DNA from: Perkinsus chesapeaki ATCC PRA-425 | Lineage: Eukaryota; Protista; Perkinsozoa | Assembly: GCA_013115145.1 (NCBI GenBank) | Contig: JAAPAO010000087.1 | Location: 1-64,000 of the forward strand | DNA length: 64,000 nt | Direction: 5' to 3' | Shown here: in pieces, positions 52,330 through 63,770 of the stretch | Numbering within the stretch: position 1 is the stretch's first letter | How the letters are laid out: each line of letters opens with the position of its first letter | Notes under the pieces: generated by a model | Seen by the model: the letters and a program-made list of their open reading frames with translations, nothing else | What the model was told of the DNA's origin: nothing | Database searches by the model: none | Translations under genes and position numbers: made by a program

Positions 52330-53100
52330 TCCCTCCAGTCTACTAACCTTCGCTCACATTTCTTCCCAATCTCGTATAGTAAAGCTCCGCTGGCTGCCTC
52401 ACCAGCCCACCAACACTCTTCACTATACCCTCGCCGCTAACCTCGGCTGTTACGCTACTCAGGAAACCCAACTCATCGGAGAACTCCGATCCAGTCGATC
52501 GTGGGCGATCAAAGTAACCACAAGTACCTGAAAGCCCTAAGGAGTAGCCCAGAGCGTGCGAAACGCAGGCTTCTTGAATTTAAGATAATGGCCTACAAGC
52601 TTATATTCCACGAGCAAACGGGCTCCAAAAGTCACCACAGACAGAATGGAGGCAAAAGCTTACATATCTCCTTAGCGTCTCTAATGCATAGTTCATGACT
52701 CCGAGGGTCGACGACAAACTGTATGCCAGAGCTGGAGGAATCAGAGATACTCTTTAGCACTCTCAAGTCGGATGAGACCGAGAACAGCGACCCTAAAGAT
52801 CGAAACATTCAGCGCTACCAGAGATCGATGACAACTTCCGAGCCCCCCTCTCTCGACAACTACCAACTTCGGCCTGTCCACATACGGTGAATGGTCAAAT
52901 AAATACTATCCGGAAGATCAAGGTAGGAATCTATAAGCCCAGAGCATTAATGGATGGCATAAAGGAAAGACATCGGCGAATCCTTCACATGCTCATTAAA
53001 CACAGTTACCCATCCCAGCAACCATCTTGACAATAAGCCAGCAGACACCACACTGCAGAGTCTACATTACACCAAACCGACGACATGCAGATAAGATCCG
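52330..53100 (+). mobile_element. Possible highly decayed non-LTR retrotransposon 3' fragment
   Basis: Broken frames such as ERAKRRLLEFKIMAYKLIF weakly resemble post-RT LINE C-termini. No YADD/RT core found. Confidence 0.2.
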
Positions 53101-53151
53101 GTCGGTAACTTTAATCTTGATAATAATTCCTACCGCCCAACGTTTCACCAA

Positions 53152-54156
53152 CTACTTGCCTCCTTCTTCCCAGAGGGGGCAGTAGTGATCCCTATTACCC
53201 GTTTCCCCAAGCCTTCCTATCCATGTAATATTCGGTCCCATACCCCCTGTAGCCTCCATCCATTCACTCTCAGTATCCTCTACAGCCGCCTTCACCTCAC
53301 TAGTATGCCGCCAAGGTAGCTCACATGCTACCATTCGCAACCCGTCAAGTAGCTCTCCTCGCAGATAAGGGTCCATCCTCCCCACCACCGTAGCCGTTTC
53401 CTTCAGTTTTCGGCAGTCTGTCGTGATAACTGTTGCCTTTGCCGTCTTGGCCGCTGCCAACATGTCCTCCGCGTCTGCCGTATCGAAGTCCACAAGTCCT
53501 GCCCCGACCCGATAGACAGCTTGCGTACTCTCAAAGTCTGCCCCGACGTCATCGCTGCTACAAACCAAGACAACGTCTCGATTATCCAATTCCAGCAGCT
53601 CTGCAGTGTGCTGCGCTCTTCTATCAAGCTGCTCTCCAGTGATAGAGCATTGCCTTCCCACATGATAGTAGCTCTTGGACGGGACATGAACGGGCCCGGT
53701 GGAAGATAGGTCACCACAGCCATCCACGGTGGCGGAGGATGATGGAGACCCCGCAATGAGCCTGTCAATGGGTAGCATGGCCGCTCCCAAACTCCGACAG
53801 AAGTCCGTCGATTCCTTGTTGACCGTATTGACTAGGACGGTCCGCGTCCTACTGTCGGCTGCCATTTGCCTGAACTACAGCATTCCCCCACACCCCTATG
53901 AGCATGCTATCACCGCGCAGTGTCCTGGTCTTCATATGGCAATGGTACGGCTGTGCATTGGCGGCTCCAGAGGGCTTGTCGGGCTGCCAAGGAAGCTTGA
54001 TAGGAGCCTAAAGTACCGATGAAGATAGACTTAGACTGTCTGGGTACCAGGTGGAAGCCAAATACCAACTCTTGTATTCTTGATACCACGTAGGCCTGCG
54101 AGGAGCCTTTGAGGTAGTGAAGATGATGAACACCTTCGATAGGATCGAAGCAGCAT
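53152..54156 (-). CDS. Mitochondrion-targeted, truncated acyl-CoA-synthetase-like (AMP-binding) protein, about 293 aa, 3 exons
   Basis: Exons 54156-54087, 54007-53914 and 53869-53152 join in frame. Presequence-like MLLRSYRRCSSSSLPQRLLAGLR. ACSF3-like segments ALWSRQCTAVPLP, DNRDVVLV..VGAGLV, LRMVACEL and WMEATG..GRLGETG, then stop. Confidence 0.65.
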
Positions 54157-54216
54157 ATAGAAAAAGAAAAAGAGACAAAAACTATGCACCAAATATCAAG
54201 TGGAAAAATGCGAGAG

Positions 54217-54240
54217 AAATGTCGCCACCGGGGATCGAAC
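54217..54240 (-). pseudogene. tRNA 3'-half relic (B-box, acceptor strand, A, T-run)
   Basis: Minus strand GTTCGATC-CCCGG-TGGCGAC-A-TTT has exact tRNA 3'-end spacing. No 5' half. Confidence 0.4.
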
Positions 54241-54368
54241 AAGAAGCCTGACTTTCTTCCGGAGAAACATGCGGCGGCGGTGATTTATCTGTAATTGCTT
54301 CGGTGCGTTTCCAGGCGGTCCATGATGGCTCTTAAAGTGCCTGAAGCATATCAACATATGTCACAGCC

Positions 54369-56912
54369 TCATCGAACAGATATTCGGTTAGATCGGCAAG
54401 ACGACCATCGATGATTATAATCACCTTCATCTATCTCCTCCATATCGTCTCCACCTCCAAACGAACCCCTCTTATGTAGCTGATACATCACTACAGCACC
54501 AATACCCATCATAGTGAAGAGCACCTGAGCAATAGCAGCATAGAAGCAGACCCATGTCGCCACAGTGTGCCTTCGAAAGAGCCGCGGCCCACCATCCTTG
54601 GTCTGAGCTTTGCGGTGGGGGCTTGTACGGCTCTTGGACAGACAAACTGGCTAAAACAACTCTGAAAGGGAATTGGCAAGGGAGATGCATCCTGCGAGGG
54701 TACTGCTTATTCTCTGTGATGAATCCAATAGCTGCATCGAATATCGCAACCGGGCTTCCTGACAGCCAACCTGCCACGACAAGTTGTCTTACTTATGGTC
54801 GAAAGCTGTGAAGGTGCACACTCTGACCTAGATGGTATCTTTCCATCAACACATCTCGGAGTGGCATTTAATTAACTTTTCTCGTACGCTCTCTTACCTG
54901 AGTGTTCCTCTGACTTTGCTGTCCGGCGGAATCGAGCTTGTGATTCGAGCAAGAAGTAATCGGTAAATGCCAGAGGCGTGCTGTTCTTCAACTCGATACG
55001 ATAACCGATGGCCCTTTGGTAGTCGCCAGCTTCGAGCGCTGCGAGGTTTACTATGTATCTGCAATTCCTGCTATCTTGCTGCATATGAGTAGGCCTCACA
55101 GAGAGCTCTTGGGCTGAGGGCCAGCGATATCTGTATGGCTCACAAATGGCTTCAACACCTGTACTGGTAATAACGACCACGATTATAACAGCACCGTACC
55201 AATCCAATAATAGCCAAGCTGCCTCTGACAAAAACCCTGTATGAGAAGGCTGCAGTTGGTGTAGGCAAACGTGGCACTTTATAGAGGACCTCGCATATCT
55301 TCTTATTATGCCGGTGAACTCTGTGATGAGTTGCATACACCCAAACCTGCTGATCGGGCAGTGCAAACAAATTCGGCTAGTGCGCAAACCTCCCCATCAC
55401 TCATCGAGACATAAGCTCTCCCCAAGCCATGGCTCTCGACAGTTATACCCGTGGCCTCTCTAGCCCATCCTCCGCAGGGGGCTCTCGATATAGAATCGAT
55501 GGTAGACTGAACAGATCTTCCTCTCAAACACGTGGTCAGTCTTTACCGCAGAAAAGTGTCCGAATTCCTTCTTGGACAGCCACCAAGGTTGAGAGCCGTG
55601 TGTCCCTCCCTTAGCCAGATCAATGATGCCACCCTCTGTCCTAGTGACAAGTAAACGACCTGAAGTAAGAGCAGCACCGAGCGACACCCAACGGCGCTTA
55701 TCACCCCTGAATGTGCCATCAGCACTGAAGACGGCCAAATACCCAGTTGAGTCACCGAAGACATAGTTGGACAAGAGCCTTCCATAGGGATAGCAGTTTC
55801 ATTATTCACGAATGCTGACCTCTCATGTGCTGTGTACGACACCGCAGTTAGTCTAGGCCTCCTCGACATGTCGACGTTAAGCGTCTGGGCTGCCTGGGCA
55901 TTGCTATTGCATTGCTGCTCAGTAAGGGTTGTATCCCCTTCTCCTTGAAGAGCTTTAGAGAGTGAATGGCTGAACTTCACTAACAAGCAGTGTGATGTAC
56001 TTGCAAGATGCAGATGACTCTCCCGCACATTCGCATGCCACTTCCAATTTAGTGATATTCCTCGCATTGTCCACCAGTGCCCGAACAAAAACTTCGAAAA
56101 CTGTCAAATGCTGACGCTCTCCATCCACCAGGCCAATAACCCTGAGGGCTAGCATAGCTTAACGTCGATCCCCTCCCCATCTAGCTCACTTCTGATCCTC
56201 GGAGCTGTACGCGATTATTGTAGCAACATCATGTGCACTCATTTCAAGAGAGATAGACGAGAGGACATCCCCGGACAAATGGTCCAATACCTTCACTTGG
56301 GGGGTAGACGAGCACGTGCATCATTCTTACTCTCAGCGTGCCATCAGAGTTTACTGTGACAAGGAGAGAGTCGGGCAAACCCTCCAGACCTTTGATGGAC
56401 AAGAGTTTCGCATGGAGGACTTCCGTCTTTGAATCCATCAAGCGCACCTGAGATATGCCCCTATCAAGTATGCATAAGTTGAACTACCTACGTTGCGTAA
56501 TGGAAGTTGAGGGTTTGTAACGAAAGTCTGCTCGACTTCGGTATCTGTCACGTCTACGACTTGGATATTTGCCTCAACACTTTCCCCGTTGTTGATGTAT
56601 CTTAACATAACGATCTCCCAGTGATCCTCTCGGCTCGAGTGGGCACATGAAGTGTTTAGCTTCTGGTAGCGACTCTTCCATAACGACAGCCATCATCGGA
56701 GACAGCTCAGCGTGAGTTCGTACACCACTCATTGAAGCATCTAACGTAGGTTGACAGAAGCTGATTGCTTGAATTAGGAGTAGGCTACTTAGCATCTCCA
56801 ACGATCGGGTGATTTCCCTCACCAATTCTATTTCGTTTCTAGCTCCTGGAGTAATAAACGCATTGATCAAGGAGAGAACAATAGCGAACTCCAGGTGGAG
56901 GCGAACAGGCAT
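54369..56912 (-). CDS. Secreted beta-propeller-like type I membrane protein, multi-exon
   Basis: Signal-like N-terminus (MPVRLHLEFAIVLSLINAFITPG). Blade-like segments LLVTVNSDGTLRV and YVFGDSTGYLAVFSADGTFRG. C-terminal TM (LFTMMGIGAVVMYQLHKR) with an acidic tail. Confidence 0.55.
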
Positions 56913-57048
56913 GCTACAATGGTCAATAACTTGATAAATACGTTAAGGCTGACATATAGTAGTGAACAGCGACACGACATGTAGACGATACGGGGCAAGG
57001 CATCTGTTCATGACATGGCTGTTTCATCACCAGAGTGACGACTGTTAA

Positions 57049-59938
57049 TTAATTTCCTGATGGCCTAGTTGACGCCTCGCCTGGATGACCCGAGCGAAGT
57101 AATGGAGTTGCCACGCGAACCCAAACGGCGATGGAAGCTGTCTCGTCTTGCCCTAGCTCTGAGTTGCATTCGGAGCTCTTGAACCGCTGTGGGGGCTTCC
57201 GAGGCAGTATCACTATTGCTACTAGCCTCACAGGATGTTTCCTAATGATGGAAAAGATGTGTTAGGGTTGGCAACACTTAAACGGTGTTTACTTCGGATT
57301 CCTCCTCGCTTGAACCGTCGTCTGTCTCGCTTCCCGGATCAGGAGGATTTTCGGTAATCTGAATTCAGATGATCTCAATTTTAAGACAAGGAGCCAACAG
57401 ACTAACTTCTTCGCTGAGTGCCAAGTCAAAACGAGCCTTCGCTTCGGTTTGTCGAAGGCGCCTACATTTGTAAGCATAATTATGACGTCTGGCGATTCAC
57501 CTTTCATCAGCCTCCCTTGCACGTTGAGCTACATGCCTGGCACTCCTTGCAAGATCCACGATGTCGTCAGATCGCCCCCCTAACACGGCGCTAAGATCTT
57601 CCAGGCTCTAACAACTCACCTGCATACCGCTGATTGGAATGAGAAGGCTTACACTCACCTGACGGGTGTTTCACATGACACGGAAGACGACAGACTCACT
57701 TCGAAAAGAGGCTTGTGAGCGAGCAGCTTGCATCTTCCGGGTCAAGCTCAGCATTTTATCTTGAATGTCCGCTTGTGCCTTTAGTGAAATACAACATCAA
57801 TACATTCTATTCTCTAGCAAGTTGCTATTAAAAACTCATTCGTGTGTTTCTTAGCAACACAGTCCGCAAGCTTACTTCTTCATAAAATGTCGGCCCGTTA
57901 GGATCGATGGCTGAAAACAAACTGAAGGTGCAAAATGTGTACTTTCTGCGTACCTGATTTACTCGCTCTAAGTAATAGGTTTTTCCAAGTCATCGCTTTG
58001 GACATAACGGAGAGCATCCCGGATGCATTTTTTCCGTTAGACGGGGATCGGGGTGGCAGCCGAGCATTCTTCCGGGCCAACCTTGGTGGATTATTGTACC
58101 TTGGAAGTATCGTGCTCGATGAAGGAAGGATATCTTGCTGAAGTACATTTGTCTGAGAATTCTGGTAGTTTCTGAGATATCGCTCTCTCCTGAAGCCGAG
58201 CAGCTGTCTCTTCGAATTCCTCAGACTCTCCCACGGTGGGAGTCCCACCGTCTGAGTCTCCGCTGGATTCCTCGTCTTGCTGATCCCTCCTCAGACATTC
58301 AAAGCGATCCACCTACGATTGAATGTACGAGAATAGGATAAAAACCCATGCTACTTCATGAGCAACATATTCTTCCTTGGCTTTGACGTCATCGACTGTA
58401 ATTGCAAAGAGGCTTTTCAGACCTGTGTGGAAGTAGCTCAGTAGAGTGATATGCTTAGACGCACAGGAGAGTAGCAGTTTGCTTGCAGACTAGCCGCTAT
58501 GTTGCCCGCAGATCAAGGTCTAGTCTAATCGAATGAAGCCCCTTCGCGTAGCTCTTCAGCATGTGTCACCCCAAAATGTTGCGCAGAACCTCTACTCAAA
58601 CGTGTCACCCAAAAGAACTGACCTTCCGTTATCTTTTCTTCATTTCCTACAGTATTCGACCTCAGTAATCCACCAGCAGGACTACCCTGAATTCGAAAAA
58701 GTGGGGGAAGTTGTACTATCAAGCTTTACCAGATCTAAAGCCGTCCCCTTCGCGGAAGTCAACTTCTCCTGACATGATGCGGGTTGCGAATCTGGTATGC
58801 TCTACTCTCTGGACCTTCGGTTGCCTATCGCCCTCTATTCGCTGCATCATCTCCTCCGCCTAAGATAGCAACTTCAAGTGGACCATTGCCAGTACTACCT
58901 ACAGATTGGGTCAGTCGTTTTGTGAAAAGTCTTGCGGCAGGAACATCTGAGGGCTATGTCAGCGAAACTAAGGGGCCAGGAGAGGCTCGTCACCTCTCGT
59001 TCCGGCGACTGCTCGTCGGTGTTGCTGCTCTGGGAAAGCCAGCCGTCCGGTCTGAATCTGAACTACGCCACGTCAAGGCCAATATTGTTAGCAAGCTGGC
59101 GTTATCGTGCAAGTTTACAAGCATTCTTTTGCCCATCTGAACGACCTGCTTCATCTCTCTAGCTTGTTGACTCTCTTTAGTACTCTGACCGAGATCCTCC
59201 ACCTTCAGCAGAGGGTCGGCTATCAGCAAGGAAAGCGTTGAATCGCAACAAGGTAATTAGCTACGCTTTTGCCCGTCCACCTTTATCATGTTGGAGTTAG
59301 CTTCGGGTCCCATCCTCTCTCGTTCCTCTTGCGCTTTTTTCAACTGCTTTCTCTTTTGCTTCTCCAGTTCATGTGCTATCTGATACAGATCTGTGCACAA
59401 ACGCCTCGATGATTAAGGTAACCTTTTCCATCAAGTGGCGGTGCTCGCGTGCTGCTTTCTCTTTACGCTCGAGTGCAGCTATAACGCTTTCTGTAAGCCA
59501 CGGCCGAGCCGCGGTTCGTTCTCGGGTCAGCGGCAGCTCTGCACAAGCACGGTGAGCCATAGGGGGTGAGCATGGGGTTCTTATGCGTGCTAACCTGAGG
59601 TGTCGAGAGCCGAGTCCGTTCGATTAGGGTTCAGGTTGCATGTCATCGTTGGCCAGTGATTCATTCTCAAGTCTTCAAGGTCCTCTCGTGTCAACCGCAG
59701 TCTTGAATCCTCTACAACCTATAAAACTATGATAATCTTATTGACGTATACGAGTCACGAAAGCGACCATCGAATGCAAAAATGTCTTTTTTTCGAACGA
59801 GCATTATTGCACATGCCAGATGAAATGAATTACAGATCTATGCCTCTTCTTCAACTCATTGAAGCTTTTTCTCGTCTGTTCATTCTCTTCGTCGGTCTCA
59901 ACGTGTTCAGAGTCCTCGGAGTCCGTTCTGTCTTTCAT
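57049..59938 (-). CDS. Hypothetical coiled-coil-containing protein, multi-exon; ends approximate
   Basis: In-frame exon chain (MKDRTDSEDSE..; VVEDSRLRLT..; ERKEKAAREHRHLMEK|IAHELEKQKRKQLKKAQEE..) with GT-AG junctions. No known domain recognised. Confidence 0.45.
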
Positions 59939-60330
59939 AGAGTTCAGCAACAACTAAGGGTTACCCTGAGCTAAGATTGCCTCGTCGACAACAGTGATAG
60001 GAAACGATAGTGAAGGTGCGCTTCTCAAGTGAGGAATTCACTTCAAGTATATATTATGGTGTAAACGAACATTCAACAAGAACCAGAAACTCCAAGTGTA
60101 TAAAAAACGACCCTACCGGCTGTAGGCTACAGCGTGAGCGCAACAACTGTAGAATAGGAAACCTCGGACCTTCTAGACAAATGAGTGATATGATACAAGA
60201 TGCCGGAAAATCTCTCCGGATAACCTGCCACCGACTAGAGGCTATCCAAAGACCGTCGTCTTGCAAAGGGTTAGAAAAAGGTCAGCGACACCATTTATGC
60301 AGAAATATTGCGACGATAGAGTCATCATCA

Positions 60331-61410
60331 TCACACTTTCACCTTTGCGATTCCAACCTTGTTATTGTCCACATCATAATAAAAGTAGTTGCCGATGAAA
60401 GCAGTCACTCCAATGGAAGCGTGGTACTCAGTGAACTTCATACGTACGAAGCATCTACCCTCGGTAGTCTTGTACGTAAATTTCTCAGCCGGTACCTCAA
60501 TCGCCACCTGTTCGCCCTTCGAGCCTTGTAGGAAGAATGTCACTGAAGGTAAGTAGGCAACGTCAGGGCAGGATACCGGAAAAGATCCATCTTCCTCCGT
60601 AATAGACACATTTTTCCTTCCGGCCACTTTTAAAGAGCTTATCACTTGATTCTTCCACTCAGTCTTCAAATACATACAACTAGCACCAGTATCGAGGTCG
60701 ACAGGGGTAACCATTTTGATGCGGTACTTTGAGTCTTGCCCAATTCCTAGAGTAAGCAGTTGCACCGTTCCCTCGTCTGGGTCGATCATATCAACGTATT
60801 GTAATGGAGCGACGTACTTTTTCGAGTCCTTGCCACCAATAAGTACCTCACCAGAAGGATCTTGTCCATTGTTCAAGTATAGTGAGAAGCTCCTCGATGG
60901 CGTAACGTTCTTATCATACAACTGGTCAATAACGGATTTGAAAGGCTTGACTCTCTCAGTAGATCTTCCTAAACCAAGTGAGGCCCACAATTTACTAAGG
61001 TCTTTATTGAATCCAGCAACCAAACCAAAATCTAGGCTGAAGGAGCCGATACCGTCCATATTCACTGTGCCAGAGTGCGAGAATATCCGCACTTTGGAAC
61101 CGTCGTCAAATGTTGATACCCAAGTTTTGCCTTTCTTACACGGCTCAGGGTTGCACTCATAGCAGCCGTAGAAGAAGTCCTCGCACTTTTTTGAATAAGA
61201 CTCATACCAGTGTTTCCAAACAAAAAACAATAAAGGAGCCCCAGTATCAACTACAGCAAACATACTTTGCCCATCAGCTTCAAGTTCAACAATGGGTGCA
61301 GGAATCTTCCCAAGATTGTCTAGCTTGAAAGGTAGTCTGGCCAGATTGTCGACCCTGCAGAGTCCAACTAAGGCTACAAGATAGAGGATGAAGGCGAAAC
61401 CGGGAATCAT
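60331..61410 (-). CDS. Secreted pepsin-like aspartyl protease (A1), intronless, 359 aa
   Basis: Signal peptide MIPGFAFILYLVALVGLC, two catalytic motifs (VVDTGA, DLDTGA), GEVLIGG and IGVTAFIGNYFYYDVDNNKVGIA. Confidence 0.93.
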   Translation of the reverse strand: MIPGFAFILYLVALVGLCRVDNLARLPFKLDNLGKIPAPIVELEADGQSMFAVVDTGAPLLFFVWKHWYESYSKKCEDFFYGCYECNPEPCKKGKTWVSTFDDGSKVRIFSHSGTVNMDGIGSFSLDFGLVAGFNKDLSKLWASLGLGRSTERVKPFKSVIDQLYDKNVTPSRSFSLYLNNGQDPSGEVLIGGKDSKKYVAPLQYVDMIDPDEGTVQLLTLGIGQDSKYRIKMVTPVDLDTGASCMYLKTEWKNQVISSLKVAGRKNVSITEEDGSFPVSCPDVAYLPSVTFFLQGSKGEQVAIEVPAEKFTYKTTEGRCFVRMKFTEYHASIGVTAFIGNYFYYDVDNNKVGIAKVKV

Positions 61411-62664
61411 TTTCCGGGTCCGCTTGCGTGCGCGCACAGACAAGGCGGCGGAAACACAGCAATGTCATGACCAATTGCTCCATCGCATCACTCATGCGCC
61501 CTTAAGCCTACTGATCTTGGTGAAAAATTGGTGAAAAATCGTCATGTCATCTGGGATGGCCACGACCGACAAGGATACTTCGGGGACGGCAGGAACATCA
61601 GCATTGTCCTATTTCTCGAACCCGAAGACGATGCCAATGAAAATGGCATTTTCCATATTCCGTATAGCTGAGGGTTGGTGGAGGCTCGACCGTGGAGCGC
61701 CGCTCCGGTATCACGAATTCCTGTCGCCGCGAACCGAAAGGGGACTTTCGTTTTTTTCTACAGTATATCAATAGAATGATAGGCTTCATCAAGCGGGACT
61801 CTGGGTGTAGTCTGTAGGGGGCAAGCACTAAGATCACTGACACTTGACGTGGAGGGATCAATCAGGGGCTTCTCAGCTTACTTCACTGGCTGGAGCACCG
61901 GCATCGTCCAATAACCAAATCTCTAATAAAAAGGCTCTCATTCAGAGGATTATATCACTATTGGCCTGTGCCTTTTCAGAAACAGAGATCCTATACACAG
62001 CTTCGCACTAGAGAGTGCAGGAAGCAGAGGAAAATTCCTAGATCCGAGCTACACTCTTCAAACCAGGCATGCTTTCCAGCCAAGCTAAAAACGCATCATC
62101 AATATCATCCAAGCAATCAAATCATCCACTGGCGCACCTTCTCAGCGACAATGATAGCGGAGAACCTTCTCAGCGAGGCCATCTTCAGTACAATGTCGAC
62201 CAGTAGTCCGAGCCTCTCGGAGGGTACGCCCGAGACTTTCGGCCCAGCAGTGACATGGGCGATACAGCGGCTGTATTACAGCCTCTGATCTACACTGTAG
62301 ATTCTACAGTGCATTTAAGGTACTTCCGAAACCAAATCCATGCGGTAAATCTCACGCACGCTGACCACAGCCGCAGCATGAAAGATATTAGACCGGTACC
62401 CTTTAGTGCGGGTTTTTCAATATCCGTACAGTCTACATAGCATGGCGCTGTGAACCGAGCCACATAAGTAAGGGATATTCTGTGTACTCTCGTAGCTTCT
62501 CGTTTCTTTATTTGGATAACATATTAACTAGACATTAGACCATTGAAAGGTTCCTTTTAGTTAGGACGGCGAGAATCGCCGAAGGACTGTGCTCATTTTG
62601 AGCAACGACAAGTTGTTCAGAGAAAAACTCTTCAAGGTTATATGAGTGTCGACAGACCTCCCGA

Positions 62665-63770
62665 TCAGAAGCCCACGGCGTGCTTCACCTTCAAGTGGCG
62701 GAGATGCCTGAAAGGATTAGCAACGTGTACTACTACTAAGATACACTCAAGCTTTGAGCACGACTTACACAGGCACCAGATAGGCATCGGGCTCAGTGGC
62801 TTTTTTCACAGCGTCGAGTTCTGACATCTTTTGAAGCCACCGAAAAAAGTCTTCCAGTTGAGGATACTTGTCAAGAGTCACGGCAAAGTCCGGACCTGAA
62901 AGCAAAGGACCAATGATGGAAGTGGAAATCCGGGGAAGAGTGAACTCGGCCAATCCCTCTACTTGTACCTCGGAGTTTTTGGAGCATTGTCAGCCTCGAG
63001 GCCACCGGATATACTGTTATATCCACCAGGGACAAATTGTCGCCAGTATAGAAAGGTCCTTTGCTCTGAATAAGAATATGGGTGGAACTCCGTTACATAT
63101 GGATGCGAACGAGGGCGTCGTAATGAAGACCGAGAGAATAAACGAACACTGACGCACTTCATCGCTAAACTGCTCGAACTCTTCGACCATTTTCTCCACA
63201 GCCTCAGAATCAAACTTCATCAAAGCTTTCATGAAGGTACCCATAGATGCCCCATGTTTCTCGGCAGCTTCGCGGATCTTCGTCCTACAAAACATCAGAA
63301 CACTGCACTACTCCATTATACGGAGAAGAACGACATTTACCTTCCAGCTTCATCTGTACGGGGAACTAGAGGAGGAGCACCGAGACCAGCGTTCTCGCCC
63401 AGCTTGTCAAGGTACTCTACGCAGTCAATAGATTCAGTGATCTACAAGACACCAGTACATCACTTAACAGCCAGCACTTACTATCTCCTCCTTTCCATCG
63501 GGCCACTGAGCAACGATCACCGGCACAACACCCTTAGGATTCTTCTCCAGAAGTAGGGGCTCGAGTTTGTACTCGGGAGCACCCTCCGGCAGGGACATCA
63601 CCTCCTTATACTCGTATGGTATCTGAGGTCATCAGTAAGGCGCTGAGAGAACGAGTGCTCACTTTGAGGATTTCCAGAGCCAACCATACCCTATGGGAAA
63701 ACGGGCATACTCTGCAAGAAAGAAATTGAATTTTGGGAAGTTGCTTTGACATTGTAGTGGCAGTCGCCAT
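62665..63770 (-). CDS. Glutathione S-transferase, omega/tau-like (CPF active-site motif), multi-exon
   Basis: CRVCPFSHRVWLALEILK|IPYEYKEV..KNPKGVVPV..ESLN..EYLD, plus C-terminal YPQLEDFFRWLQKMSELDAVKKA. The last exon is inferred. Confidence 0.85.

Noticed and set aside
59440-59520. PWLTESVIAALERKEKA resembles the LINE endonuclease-RT linker
   Set aside because: It is embedded in an orderly spliced coiled-coil gene, with no endonuclease or RT motifs nearby.
61500-62400. Possible small spliced minus-strand gene between the protease and GST
   Set aside because: Splice-like signals are present, but no consistent frame or domain could be assembled.
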